A stretch of DNA of 64,000 nucleotides from Octopus vulgaris (Eukaryota): NCBI GenBank assembly GCA_951406725.2, contig OX597825.1, positions 48,174,001 to 48,238,000 on the forward strand. The letters run 5' to 3'. Both the position numbers and the translations under genes were made by a program. Below are positions 37,901 to 52,252 of the stretch, in pieces. Below the pieces are notes generated by a model. The model had not been told where the DNA came from. It saw nothing but the letters and a program-made list of their open reading frames with translations, and ran no database searches. How positions within the stretch are numbered: the stretch's first letter is position 1; each line of letters opens with the position of its first letter.

Positions 37901-39833
37901 TACCTTACGAATTTTATAAATATATGCCAGATTTGTTCGAGAACATACTGGCCAGTGTTTATGCGAATTGGTAGCAGAATGGAAGAATTCCCAAATATGT
38001 GAGCCGAGGAGTGGTGACACTGATCAGAATGGACCCGAGCAAGGGAGATAACGTAAGTAATTTTAGGCTCATAACTCTGTTAAACACAGAGCTAAAGATT
38101 TTGGATAAGGTGTTAGCGAGGAGAATGAGGATTGTCGTTGGAGGCCTGGTGGGAGAGGCGCAAACATGCGCCATCCCAGGAAGGACGATGTTCGATAACC
38201 TTCATCTCATTCGCTACACCATAGAGAGGGTTGGAAAAAATTCTGGAAAAGGTGGGGTACTGGTGAATTTGGATCAGTCTAAGGCATTCGATAGGGTTGA
38301 CCATCGATATCTGGCAACGGTTATCCGGGCGGTCGGACAGGGCCCGACCTTCCGAGCCTGGATCGAAGCTTTGTATTGTAACATCGAATCTGCTGTCCGG
38401 GTGAATGGGTTCTTAACGAGCCGTTTGCGATTGAACGTTCGGTTCGTCAGGACTGTCCCTTGTACTCGCCCCTATATGTACTGGCTCTTGAGCCGCTACT
38501 GTGGAGATTGGGAACGTTGCTATGGAGGGCCGAGGTTACACAGGTGTTTATAGCATCTGTGATAACCTAACGCCTAACCGTCGTCCCTTGCCCCAGTTTG
38601 TGGTTGAACAGGTTGGAAAGGATCCTTTTCGCTTTTTATGGAAGGGGAAACCACCGCTTGTGAGGCACTCCATTTGCTGTTAGAAACCGACTTGGCTGAT
38701 GATGCACAAGTATGCGTTGAGGCTGAGGCACCTTCGGCGCTACCTGGATGGTGAGCAGGTGTGGTTACCGCATGTCAAACAGCTTTTTCTTCAATTGGAG
38801 CCCCTTAGGGACTTAGGCACATGAATCAGGCGGAGACCTAAAATGGGGGAATGGCAGAGAGAATGCAGACAAGCACTCAACCTGTTCTCTCGGGCGAGCA
38901 ATGCCGCAGTGAGGTTACGACTGTGGATTTCTATAGAGGGATAGTAGAGTTTAAGTCTGATGACGTCCTGGGGGAGGGCTCTGGGCTTGGATATCGAACA
39001 ACTAGCCAGCCTGTTCGAAGGGACATTCGGGCCGAGGTATCTGGATAATTTCCAAAAATCCTTGGCTTGGTTGTGCTGTCGTTCGGCCTTACCAGTTCTA
39101 GAGAGGTTATCAAGGCACGGTTACAACCCTACCCCCGACATGTCCGAGGTGCGGGCGCGGCAGTGAAACTGTCGCGCACGCCTTCGAACATTGTGTGGAA
39201 TTGAGGGACTGGTGACCCATGTGAAACAACTGATGTCCGATGGGGGAAGAGTACGGCTCTCGACTGAGTCCATAGTTAAGACTGTACCGCCTCCCTCCTT
39301 TAACAAGGAAAGGAAAGCTGCTTTCTTCTGCGTAGTTGCCATAATGAAAGAGACAGTGTGGAGGATGCGCGCAAAAGGAATTGAGACAGGTCACTTCTCT
39401 CCGGACAGGGCTTGTAAAGTTGGCTCAACTTCCACCTCGTGAGGAAAATTCGTCTGGAGAGGAAGTGCCTGCCCCAAAGTGTATATGAGAAAAGATGGAT
39501 AAGCGTGGTAAGAAAATTGAGAATGAATGGGGCCGTGTTGGTGTAGCTGGTCAAGGGAGAAGAAGGAAGGAAGCGACCCCCCTCCCCAGGGAAGTAAAAC
39601 AAAGGTCTAAAACCGGCGGATTGAAATGGAACCCAGAAAAAAATTTTGTAAAAATTCTTAATTATATATCATTAATTTTTGAACCCATAACGTTTCTGTC
39701 ATTTTAACTCTACATTCGTAATCACAGGCGCATGGACCCCAATACCCTGTAATGCATGTCCGTTGTTTGTCCCCGACCCACCTTTGTGTTTATATATCTT
39801 TGTCAGGCCTTTATAGGCAAATAAAGAAATCAT
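34998..39833 (+). mobile_element. L1/Tx1-clade LINE, 5'-truncated in ORF1, decayed ORF2
   Basis: 13-bp TSD tccatgtctgtct (34985-34997, 39834-39846); ORF1 CFKCDKKGHIRQKC; ORF2 from 36543 MAALLIGCLNVRG..ETK..GDFN..TDH; RT NFRLITLLNTELK..DQSKAFDRVDH; YADD region deleted; tail ggcctttataggcaaataaagaaat. Confidence 0.93.
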
Positions 39834-40129
39834 TCCATGTCTGTCTAGTCTTAGGCCGGCATTGAATCAAATCGTCGCATTCTACGCTCGCTCGCGCACA
39901 CGTTCGCCTTTGTTACTTGGAGACATGTGATTGCAAACAGAACATATTCATGTAATGTTATTAGCTTTTCTTCAATTAACCTTGTATATGAACGCATTAG
40001 CTCCAGTAATAAAAGTTATGACTTATTTCAAACGTCTCGCGAATTTCCCTTTTCTTGTTGTTACGTACAAGATGGTGACCCTCTTTCTCTCATACTCATT
40101 AAATTATAGTGTGTCATTAAGTCTGATTT

Positions 40130-41440
40130 ATCACTATAAAAGGAATAACCCTGACATCACTATAGTAAAATCCTTCGATAAATTTCCAATCAGATTTATG
40201 ATACGCTATGATCTATCACAGTACGCTTTCAGCATAGTTGGAAAACTAGGAGAATGGCTATATGATTTCTTAAGAGGTAATAGTGAGATAGTCGAAGGCA
40301 ACGGTGCTCACGGGAAGGAAGCGTTAATTTTGAGTAGATTCCCCCAGAAAAAGGTTTAGAGTAAGTTTTATAGGCAGCTACTCTCGCTGACTGTACTGAT
40401 GATGCGAGAATATCACATGCCAACAAGAATCCCTACAACATAAAAGCAGGTTAAAGAAAACATGCGCTTCTCAATCAACCTACAACGCATTGCAATCAGA
40501 ATGGCCTGGGCCAGGAAGGATGTACATTCCCAGGGTAACACTCAATCAGTGGCAGCTCATGTATAGGAACTGCGGAACTGCAGTACTCCCTATTTCCACT
40601 CGATATCATCGATAACATTCAATGTAATGAGTCCTTTCTTCTTTAATTCTTTCTTTACATTTGTACATTATATAATCCTTAAGCTTAATGTCAGTAGCCA
40701 TCCTCTAGTTTATGAAAAGAATACAAAAATCCTTGTATAGAACTGTGCGGTTCACAGTTCCAGTGACGTGGTGTTTGGCTGTTGTGCGCATGCTCACATG
40801 TCCGAGATAGGAAGCTTCACGCTAGGGAGAGACGGCACTGTCGTTCATGCAGTGCCGATCCCGCTGTGCTGGTGAAAGGTAGTGTTCCTTTTTGACTCCG
40901 CGTGTGTTGTGTCTAAAAACGTGTTTATATTCTTGAATGTGATAAGGTATAGAATAAGATTATTATTCTGCTTCCAGCTTGGATCTGAAAAGTAGGGAAC
41001 ATTTCTTCACCCATATTTTGTGATTTAGTGGGGATTTTTGAGAAACAAGGGGGAATTAAACACACTACCCGGCAGTGGCTAAAACGCAAACCGATCAAGT
41101 TTATGTATAAATTTTCTTTTTATATTTGTTTCCTTTTACACAATATTAAAACAATGGCTTAAAATTTTCTGAAGCAGCACCCCCACTAATTTTATCTACG
41201 AGCCGCCACTGCATTCATTAATTGACATAGAAATCGATTTGAATAATGATGCATCGTTTCAGATGCATATGGCCAAGAAGGCAACGATGCGCAAACAACT
41301 GTTGGATGCATACTGAAAACGTTGAGAACAAGAGAACAAGAAACTATGTTGGTGGGTAAGATTTCTTTTCGGTCGTCTGGAATTTTGCACCCAACTATGA
41401 TGGTCACAACTGCTAGGAGCTGAAATATATCTTAGCCTTA
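40130..41440 (+). mobile_element. Decayed CR1-like LINE RT fragment interrupted by a MITE
   Basis: KSFDK..IVGKLGEWLYDFLRG..NGAH..ILSRFPQ (decayed SGVPQG). Confidence 0.6.
40547..41211. mobile_element. hAT-type MITE, copy 2 of the 12597 family
   Basis: Collinear with 12597-13268; decayed 8-bp TSD cactcaat / cattcatt. Confidence 0.88.
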
Positions 41441-41940
41441 AAAATAAGGGCCAGTTTTTGGGATTCTAAATAGCACAGCTTGGCGAAGCTGCACCAGCAG
41501 AAGTGCCACCTCTTACGAACAGAACAAGATCGCAGAAACACAAAGAAAACACGAACTGCACAAGTCCAGAGCCTTCAGTCCCTGCAGTTCCCGCATGGAT
41601 AAGAGTTATAGAAGCGAAAGCGCGAGAGAATCAGTGCAGAGGTTAGAAAAGGTTCCAGAAAAGATAGACGAATACAGGTTTCATGGTCCCTGCTCGACCT
41701 GTATTTAAAAGAATCTCTTTGTCAACATTGTACGTCTCCAAGCACGTACCACAGACACAATACCCTCACCTCTCGCCGCACCCAAACAGCCAGTTCCTAA
41801 CCAGAGACGCACATAGGTAACACAATCAAGTCCGTAGGAATATAGGTTTCTTGGGCGCTACTCGAACCTGAGTTAAAGGAATCGTCGACTATGTAGAACA
41901 GTATTTTCCCGTCTCTCACACGAAAGCATTCTTACGTATT

Positions 41941-42258
41941 ATGAAGGCGGCCATCGAGGTTGACTTTGCCTTTCATCCTTTCGAGGTCGATTAAATAAGT
42001 ACCAGTTACGCACTAGAGTCGATATAATCGACTTAATCCGTTTGTCTGTCCTTGTTTGTCTCCTCTGAGTGTAGCCCCTTGTGGGCAGTAAAGAAATAGG
42101 TATTTCATTTGTCTTTACGTTCTGGGTTCAAATTCCGCCGAGGTCGACTTTAGTTTATATCCTTTCAGGGTCGATAAATTAAGTGCCAGTTGCATACTGG
42201 GATCGAGCTAATCGACTGGCCTCCTCCCGAAAAACTTTGTGCCTAGAGTAGAAAAGAT
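41941..42258 (+). mobile_element. Dimeric SINE
   Basis: Same two-monomer layout and junction as 31448-31820. Confidence 0.83.
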
Positions 42259-42848
42259 TCTTATATATTATGGACTTCCTGAACTATGAACTTCCTGACC
42301 AGCGTCTGTAAAATTATGTAAACATTGAATGGTTTATATGTATAAAACAAATGTTTATCAGACAGAGTTGGGATCTGGGTTTAATTTGATACACCGCGCT
42401 GCTAAACTTCATACTAATTCATACTAATTGTGTGTGTGTGTGCGCGTTGTTTCAAAAAGCGTGTCATTGGAGTGGGGAGTTCGATAAATGTGAAAAGGTT
42501 AAATAAGTTGGGAACAGAAATAAGTAATGAGATCAATGTAATCGAATAAAACACGGTAATTTCTTTATTCTTAGTTTTAATAATGATTCATCCAAAAACC
42601 TTAAGAGGGTGAGGAAAAATATTCAGTTTTATGAACTAGTAGTTTACTGGTATTTGTACTTATTTTAACAAGCTCAAAAGATTGAAAAACAAAGTCAACT
42701 TCAGAGGAATGCGAACTCAGGAAGGGCCGTCAAGCACTTTGTCCGACGCTCTAATTATTTCGCTAAAAGAATATTTCTATCTTTGTAAAGTTAGCCTTGC
42801 TCTCATTGAAAGGATATATTTATATAACAGTGTGGGCTGTACTGTACA

Positions 42849-42900
<52 letters not shown>

Positions 42901-43393
42901 GTACACTTAGAGATACTGGCATAAACGAAAACACACACACACATGTTGTTTGCGTTTCGTGAATCTATGTGTGTGTGTAGTAGTGGGGGAGTGGAGGTTA
43001 ACAACCTTTAAAATGAAGTTATAATAATGTCAAGGCTAGATGTGTGTGTATATGTATGTGTATATATATATATATATGTGTGTGTGTGTCTGTGTGTGTG
43101 TGTATATTTGAATGTACATGTATATATATATGCGGATGTATGTGAATGTGTTTTAGAACGTGTATTTGTGAGTATACACGTGTATGTGGGGAGCGGGGAG
43201 TGTATGTACGGTGTGCCATAAAGATCAGCAATTTCAACTCTTCCTTCAGACTACCACCTCCTCTCCTTCTTTCTCTCTTTCTCCTTCCTTCTGTATCTCA
43301 CTTTCTCTCTACCTTTATCTCTCTTCCTCTCAGCCTGTCTACATAACACTCCCATCTCTTCCTCTCTCTCTCTCTCTTTTTCTCTCTCTCTTT

Positions 43394-43442
<49 letters not shown>

Positions 43443-43723
43443 TCCCTTATCACTCACTCTCTTATTCTATCACCCACCTTCACTCTTTCTATCATTCACC
43501 TTCAATGTCCCTATCACTCACCTTCACTCTCCCCCTTTCCGTCACATTACTTGTTTCAACTTGCTCTTTCATTTCGTTATTTTGAAATATTTTCATTTAC
43601 TTCTCTTTGTAGATAGGAATTTACCACACGCATGCTGGGAAATGTGTTCCACTATAGACCCAGACCGACCAATTCCTTCTGAGAGAATTTGGGAGATGGA
43701 AACTGACGAAAGCCCATGGCATT

Positions 43724-43901
<178 letters not shown>

Positions 43902-43912
43902 TACATATATAT

Positions 43913-43957
<45 letters not shown>

Positions 43958-44088
43958 AATAGATATATATTAATTAATAAGGGTGAGAGAATTAGATACT
44001 AATTTAATAGTATATTTATTCCACACCAAGTGGCCTTTTGGATTAACTGGTGCTAGAGTGAGCAATATAGTGACCACTCTCTTATATT

Positions 44089-44139
<51 letters not shown>

Positions 44140-44144
<5 letters not shown>

Positions 44145-45286
44145 TACCCCTGCTTATTTGCGGTTCGGTATTCGCGGAAACTACCGTATATTCGCGAAAT
44201 CGTAAATATCGTCATATACATGTGTATGTGTGTGTGTGTGTGTGCATTCCTATATGAGATCCAAACGATGGAATCTGCCTTGGCATTGTGCATCAGTGAC
44301 GCAAGAAGAAAAACATCCCATTGAATGGTAACATCATCCGTGAGAAAGTGCGGAAATCATGCCAGCAGTTCGACAGAGGAGACGGAACAGAAGTCATGGA
44401 AGAACCGCAACCAAGACCATTGACAGCACCAGAACCCGAAGACTTTCAAGCCAGCAAGGGATGGTTTGACCGTTTCCAGAAACGATTTTCTGCATGGAGA
44501 GACAGCGTCAGCCGACAAGGAAGTCGCCGAGAAGTAACCTTCAGGCAGATCAACAAGGACAAGGGATACAAGCCAGAACAACTGGCCTGTTCTGGATGAA
44601 GGTGTCTTCCAGAACGTACATCATAAAGGACGAAGCCAAAACCCCAGGATTTAAGACACAAAAAGACAGAGTGATGCAATGTTGCTGGCTTCATGATGAA
44701 ACCAGGACTTATCAACAAGTCCGCATACTCGCGAGGGCTGTCAAAAATAAAAATAAAAATCTGCTGCCTGTCCACTGGATGTACAACCCCAAGGCCTGGA
44801 TTACCAAAAGTCTAACTTTGAATTGGTTCCACCAATGCGTTATCACCTCAAGCCAAGGAATACCTCCAAAACGTAGGCATGGAATTCAAGGTGTTGCTTG
44901 TTATGGATAATGCTAGTGGTCACTCTTTGGATTTGAATCACGAGAGAGTCCAAATCGAGTACCCCCTGCTAACACCACCTCCCTCATCCAGCCTATGGAT
45001 CAAGGCGTGATCCATGCCTTCAACGCACTTTACACTCGGATCTTCATCCCAACATCTGGTGGACGCAATGGATTCCGACGAGAATTTCAAGTTAAAGGAG
45101 AACCGGCGTAACTTTACGATCGCAATGTACCTCTCAGTCATCCACGCTGCTCTTAAAGACATATAATATTTTACGTTATATTTTGACATTATAGGCATAT
45201 TTATGGACCACGTCCAATATTAGCGGGTTTTCGTTATCCGCGGGTGCTCTAGGAACGTAACACCCGCGAATACCGGCGGACTACTA
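44140..45286 (+). mobile_element. Tigger/pogo DNA transposon, internally deleted and decayed
   Basis: FQASKGWFDRFQKRF (CENP-B-type HTH end), LPVHWMYNPKAWIT..WF, MDNASGH, NTTSLIQPMDQGV (DDE_1); TIR-like ends within TA repeats. Confidence 0.9.
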
Positions 45287-45825
45287 TATATATATAAGTT
45301 TGAAGGGATAGAATCTGAGGATAGTAGAGTCACCATGGCTGGCATTTCTTAACGACGGACAGCAACGTTTTGACAGTTTAACGGCTGGCGTAAAATTTTG
45401 AACTTGATGTAAACGAAAATTCGTAAACACCAAGTTTTGAAGTGATTCTTTCTCACGACAGTAGACTCACCATGGCAAGCATTCAAAACTTCTTCATCAT
45501 GGACGGCAACACATTGACGATTAAAAGGCTGGATCAAATTTTTAAGCTTGATGTAACAGAGAATTCCTAAACACCCGCTCCTTTAAATTTTAATCCCCTT
45601 TCAGCCCCATTTAGACCCCTTTTCACATTTTGGTTAATATAACCCGATTTCATTCGGGTCTACTGGGGCCACATTTTATAAGATGAGGAATTTTGTCCTA
45701 GAGGTCACGCCTTTCATTTGAGGTAAAAAAAAATAGTTGTCATGCAAACTTGCCAGCACTTTTAACATAGATCTGCATATTTTCAGCTCAAGCGACCACA
45801 TAATGCACACATTATATATATATAT

Positions 45826-46210
45826 ATGGCAATCTTACGGTTCTAGTATACTTTTCCGTCGATTTCCGTAACAAACTTTTATTTTTTTACACATGGGCTT
45901 GCGGCAACTTTTGAAGTAATGAGAGCGAAAGAGACTAAGAGAAAGCGATTGTATGACGAGGGAAGTTCTTTTGAAGTTACCGTGCATGGGAGCATTGATG
46001 TACATGTGTGTGTGCGTGCGCGCGTGTGTGTGTGTTTGATGGGGTGTGGGAGACAGAAAGTATGTTGTGTAAGTGAAGTGATGGGCTTGCGGCAACTTTT
46101 GAAGTAATGAGAGCGAAAGAGACTAAGAGAAAGCGATTGTATGACGAGGGAAGTTCTTTTCTGACGTGAATTTGCTACCCGGGTATCGGTTAACCGAATT
46201 ATCCATACTA

Positions 46211-46211
<1 letters not shown>
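45826..46211 (+). mobile_element. Unclassified short element with 80-bp internal direct repeat (possibly Helitron-like)
   Basis: 45893-45972 equals 46081-46160; ends with palindrome tcggttaaccga then CTAG; flanked by (AT)n. Confidence 0.45.
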
Positions 46212-46256
<45 letters not shown>

Positions 46257-46410
46257 CTAACGTATATATATATATATATATATAACGTAGGATAAAAATT
46301 TTTTCGTGAAAAAAATTTTATCAATGGCCAGCATATCAAAAAATACCTTTAAAGGTTAAATTTATCAATAATTATTTTGTAAAATATATATATATATATA
46401 TATATATATA

Positions 46411-46790
46411 CTAGCGGACCCGTGAATATTTCACGGAATTAATGGTAAACCTATTGGGTTATTTCTGAAAACTTTAGAAAGCGTAGCCTGTGTTGTGCCT
46501 GTATCAAAAGGTAGTCACTCATCTGCTATTCATTCATAAGCGAAAGAAATTGGAATGTGATGAATACTTAATGCGCTTTATATATAAACTGTATACACTT
46601 TGTGCACAGTTTTATAGACTTGATACACAGTATATATAAAACAAATATTCACTCTTATTTTTCTATTTTTCCCATAAAAAAACATCCCGTACATATGATA
46701 CAACCTTTAGTTAAATTGTATATATCTACCACATAGATAAACGTGAATATTTCACGGAATTGCATTTATGCGCATGCGTTAACTGATAGG
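46411..46790 (-). mobile_element. Helitron-like non-autonomous element
   Basis: CTAG next to hairpin ccgtgaatatttcacgg (46420-46436); hairpin repeated at ~46742. Confidence 0.55.
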
Positions 46791-47039
46791 TCATATAAAA
46801 AACTTGTTTCAATTTTAAAAAATACAGTTTTCATTATCGAATCACCTCCACCACCACCACCACCACTTCTATCACTGCTACTTCTTTGCGCAAGAACACA
46901 ATTCATCATTCTGTCCAGGAATTGTAAATGCAATCTTGCAATCATGAGTTAGCATTGTTGAACCGCTAAGCAACGTACCTCCCATCTACTCCGCCCGCGC
47001 CCAGAGGAAACAGACTAGTAACTATCTTGCCCCCAAGTC

Positions 47040-47600
47040 TGTGATAATGAAACTAACAACATAAATAGGAGAGCTAATGAGCTTGAGGAGAATGATGAAA
47101 TAAGAACTGATGCATTGGTAAAATCTATTTATCAGAACAACAGAATAAAAATGAACCAATACGCTGGTACAAGCTTATGAAGGCTACATCCATGCAATCT
47201 AAGAACAAGACATCCCCACCAAGTACCTAAATCATAAAATGCCGAAAACGTTCACAGACAACAAATGTAGGCTGTGCAAGACCAAGACTGGAAACATCAA
47301 CCACATTATTGCCAACTGTGAAAGAGTGTCTTCTAGATATTATCATCACATGAGGCGTGATACGATGTCCAGAACGGTCTGCAACATGATGACAAAAAGA
47401 TATTACCTACAGACGAAGTCGACCATATTGAGACCGATGAGTGAAAGGAATTGTGGTAGAACTTCAAAACTGAACCACCAGGTGAAAGTATAACAGGCTA
47501 GATATTGTTCTTTGACGCCACAAAGAAAAGAAATGTTTTGTTTTGGAAATCAGCTGCCCCCTTGTGGTTAGAAAAATGCAAGGGAAAGAGAACATCGATA
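47040..47600 (+). mobile_element. Decayed REL-endonuclease non-LTR fragment (R4/NeSL-like)
   Basis: CRLCKTKTGNINHIIANC..YYHHMRRD (CCHC + RHD-like motif). Confidence 0.7.
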
Positions 47601-48689
47601 CCAGTTCATAGTCAGTTGTACACGGTAGTTGAAGTACTGTATCAAGAAGTTATGGCGATGATGCTGAGCCGGTGCGGTACATGTCGTACGAAGCTGTGGC
47701 TGTAATGCTGCTACCTGGGTCACTTGTACATGAGTTCTTACAGGTTGTATATTCGTTGTTAACCACGGTGAAGTTATTCACGAACAGTGCTATGTTAGAA
47801 TATATACAGTGTTGCTTGAGATGTGTACGTAGAGAGATGATGTCGATGGTGTTAAGTAGATGATGGTAGCGACAAAGACGGAGGTTGCCGTAATGCTGTT
47901 GGACAGGTCGTCTGGCATTGTTGCTGGAACTGGCAGTATCTTGTGTGGTCAGTGGCTAGACCTTAAAAGATCTGGAACCAAAGACCTCGAGACGAGGTGA
48001 AGGTGAATTTTATAAGGAACAGTAGGCTCAAACGGGGTTGAAAACAGGTTGTTTCGCGTGATCTATTTAGGAGCTCCGCTTGGTTATACGCTGCATATTG
48101 GCGCTACAGAGGAAGGGACAAATTGTGCCAATGCCAACCAATCAGAGTAGTGGAGATAACGGGGTCCAAATAGCGACCAAAGGCTAGCTGTTATCTGCTA
48201 CGTTCGAATGCTTGTATATATGATAAAGATGAGAGGAATTTCACTCGAGTGTACGCTACACGTTCACTGAGAATTTTACTTTTTTAGGATCTGCAGTGAG
48301 TACTTGCTTGAGGCCAGAGCTTTATTTTAGGTTGCACAGTGTCTTTCTTTTGCGAAAATTCAAGGTCAGTTTCTGTTGTTTTATTTTTATGGGAGTACTA
48401 TATTTTCGATATGTCTGTCAGTGACCTTATCAATTAGTTGCTTTCTTTTACAGTTTCTTCATGATGTTTTAAGCCACGTGACGATTTTTTTTCGTCTCAT
48501 GAGAATTTTCCTTTGAAAACTACCCAACTTTCTCACTGGAGCCTGTTTAATGTGTATATCTTCCATTGTTATACACAAACGCACACACACACTCATATAT
48601 GTATATGTTTATGTGTGTGTGTGTAGACTCTTTTGTCGAAGACGACGTATGAATGAGCATAAAACGCTTACCGATCTACCTGCATAAAT

Positions 48690-48915
48690 GATTTGTTTAT
48701 AGTGGTCAAATACATATACTGTAGATTAACTCACGCCCTCAATCAAATCGACGTTGTCTGAACAGGTGCACTGTGTAGCACGCTTCAGGTTCGAAGTGAT
48801 CGTAGAATAATATATAGTGAAGAGTTTAGCTCAGGAACGCAAAGCTACACCCAGACCAGGAACTGAAACCACGATCTCGCGATCGTGAGTACAACACCAT
48901 AACCACTAGGACACG
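48690..48915 (-). mobile_element. tRNA-derived SINE (family C), decayed
   Basis: Minus-strand head resembles 61517-61600. Confidence 0.55.
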
Positions 48916-49002
48916 TGACCGATGTTCGGTCAAGCCTGACCTTTCTAAATTATTTTAACATTTTCTGTCTTGACATTTTTTCCATATATATTAACTCGTG
49001 TG

Positions 49003-49086
<84 letters not shown>

Positions 49087-49106
49087 GACACACACACACA
49101 CACACA

Positions 49107-49178
<72 letters not shown>

Positions 49179-49280
49179 AATTTTTGTTGCAAGATTCCTC
49201 ATGTGAAACCGTATGTTGAAAAAGATATTGTTATACTTCGGGATGGTCATTTCTTTTTTTTTTTGCCAAAGAAACATACA

Positions 49281-49332
<52 letters not shown>

Positions 49333-49796
49333 TCATTCTTCACTCGTTTATTATTGTTCATATTTTATCTTATGTCCATTGTCTGGAATAATGATAAACG
49401 ATGCATGTGTTTATTTGGCCAAAAAGAAAAAATATGATCATCTCGAAATAACAATATACATATATAGTTTTGTTGAAAGTGAAAGTTTGTGTTGCGATTC
49501 GAATTTCAACCCACTACGATTTTCAGGCGAGAACTGTTGCAGCTCAGTATTAGCGGTGTATTTATGTCCCTTGATGTGAATCTGTGTGTAAGTGGTTGTG
49601 CTTGTTCGTTGGTTTGTGTGTCGTGTTTAAGTACCGTTTTTCTGGCTTCTTCGTTGATTATTTAGGTTTTATTTTTGTGATATGGTGTTTGTATTTCTTG
49701 TAATTGGTAGCGGGATGGTGTGTTATTACTTTGTTTATGATCCGCTGGAAAGTTGGTGGTGGGCCACTGAATCACAGGTGTGTGCACAGATATATG

Positions 49797-49854
<58 letters not shown>

Positions 49855-49859
49855 CATGT

Positions 49860-49900
<41 letters not shown>

Positions 49901-50336
49901 CATGCACACACACACGTTCATGAAAGAGGGACAAACAAAAAGAAAGAGAGAGATGGGGATATTAGAGGTACACGTGTCCGTGTACATACGCTAGCATCGG
50001 TGTTTATGAGTGAATACCTCCTAATCCTGATTATCCTCCCACTATTACCACCGTTAATCCTTCCTCAATGCTAACTCTGCACCATAGTCATCACTTATTG
50101 CTACGTCTATCAATAACATAAATGATGATGATGGTGATAATGATGATTGCATCTTATTTATATACACAGGTGCTGGGTGTAGAAGGAGATATATCTTCAT
50201 GACCTTGATGCACTAAATAAAATAGTTCCCGCTTGAAACTAAAAAGGAATCGAGCTTCTTATTCGTCAAGAAGTTATCCCGGTCCTTACCACGGCCCCTC
50301 TTCTCTCGTCACAACAATATCACTAATAATAATAAC

Positions 50337-50402
<66 letters not shown>

Positions 50403-50403
<1 letters not shown>

Positions 50404-50934
50404 CCCTGATGCAGTACCAGGTAGTGGCTCTCATGGCTTTTGATCTTAATTGATTGGAAGTGTTATCATGTATTGGTATAAAAGATGGGCTCTGTTCAAT
50501 ACCACAGATTTGCTTGTCAATTGCTTGACCTTAACCAGTTGAGCATACCCCTTGGTGGCTGACGATATGTGCATCTCTGATCATGAGCAGAAGTAGCGGG
50601 GAGAGCATCATAGCCATGTGATGAGAGGAATTCTTTGGGGTTTGGATAATTTACCTTTGGAAACGTGAGTGTCTCGTTCAACATTCGCAAACAACCCTTT
50701 ATTCAGGAACCGTTTTAGCGGGACGAGCCACTCAACCCGAAGAAAATTCTAACTGGGCCCCACCTGCAAGGTCATGCGCTGTTTATCTTGATATGAGATC
50801 GCTGTGTCACGCACATATGGTTGTGATGCATGTGCCTGGTGTACCTTTATCAGACGGGTAGTCATGATGGGTATATTGGGCTTTGTATATTTTATCCCAG
50901 TGTCACTTTGATGGCATGTACTGCTCTCTCATTC
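50403..50934. mobile_element. Unclassified ~530-bp non-coding element embedded in (AAT)n
   Basis: Sharp boundaries with AAT repeats on both sides, higher GC than the flanks, no long ORF. Confidence 0.6.
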
Positions 50935-50949
50935 AATAATAATAATAAA

Positions 50950-51796
50950 ATAGGTGGATAAAGAAAAGAATGCATGAACAATTTCAAAGGGATGTTGAAG
51001 ATAAGACAGGCAGAGAAAAATGATGGCTATGGATGACTAAAAGTGATTTAAAACCGGAAACGGAGACTCTTATCTGTGCTGCCCAAGAGCAAGCATTAAG
51101 ACGGAATTACATCAAATACAGAATAGACAACACATCCGAAAGTGGTAAGTGCAGAATTTGTGGACAAAATGGTGAAACCGTATGGCATATTACTAGTAAA
51201 TGTACGCTGATAGCCCAGAAAGAATATAAGAGATGTCATGACAACATAGTAAGGATTGTCCATTGGACACTTTGCAACAAGTATGGACTTGATAGAGCAA
51301 AAGAGTGGTACGAACATAAACCCGAAGGCATCATTGAAAATGATAATGCAAAGATCCTATGGGATTTTATGATTCAATGCGGCCATAAAATAAGTAATAG
51401 GAAATCAGACATAGAGTTAATTGAGAAAGAAAGCAAACGATGCTGGATCATAGATAAAGCATGCCCAGCTGACAAAAAGGTATGCGATAAGGAAGAAAGA
51501 AAAGTCGATAGATACAACAGGTTAGCTTGGGAAGTTAAACTATTGTGGTCGCTGAAAAAGATGGTAGTAGTACCAATAATTGTCGGAGCTCAGGGAAGAG
51601 TGAGCAGAAATCTTGAGAAGTACATGAAACAAATAGGAGCTGTAATAAGGATGGAGCACTTGCAGAAAATAGCACTGCTTGGAACCGCTCGAATACTCCG
51701 GATGGTAATAAAAAAACAAGGGGTATTACCTTAGTTCACTGGCAGTGAATAGCTGACATCGTAGGACATCTCCAGCGATAGAAGCTGTGCAACGAC
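50950..51796 (+). mobile_element. 5'-truncated R4/Dong-clade LINE (CCHC + restriction-like endonuclease)
   Basis: ORF 51033-51734: ETETLICAAQEQAL..CRICGQNGETVWHITSKC..KRCHD..ILWDF..RKSD..IID.ACP..KVDRY..LLGTARIL; AAT flanks. Confidence 0.9.
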
Positions 51797-51878
<82 letters not shown>

Positions 51879-51879
51879 T

Positions 51880-52252
51880 TAATAAAAACATGTAATGAAA
51901 AGAAATATAACTAGTAACTGCAGAATATGTGGAGATGGACAAGAAACAATAAATCATATTATCTCTGGCTGCCCAGTCCTGGCTAAGAAGGAATATATTC
52001 ACAGACATGACAGAGTTGGAACCTACATACACTGGAAGCTATGCCAACATTATGGAATAACAACAGAAAAAAGATGGTATAGGCACACACCAGAAAAGGT
52101 CACAGAAAACGAGAAAGCAACCATACTCTGGGATATGCAGAACACTTTCCATACAATAATCATCAGAGCATCACAACAAATCACAGCACATACCCAAGGC
52201 ACACAGAGCTGCGCTCGGTAGTAAAGTGAAAGCACGCTATAAAAATATACTA

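Noticed and set aside
51033-51734. 233-aa ORF as a host gene
   Set aside because: It is the C-terminus of a truncated R4/Dong LINE with altered catalytic motifs (RCHD, KSD).
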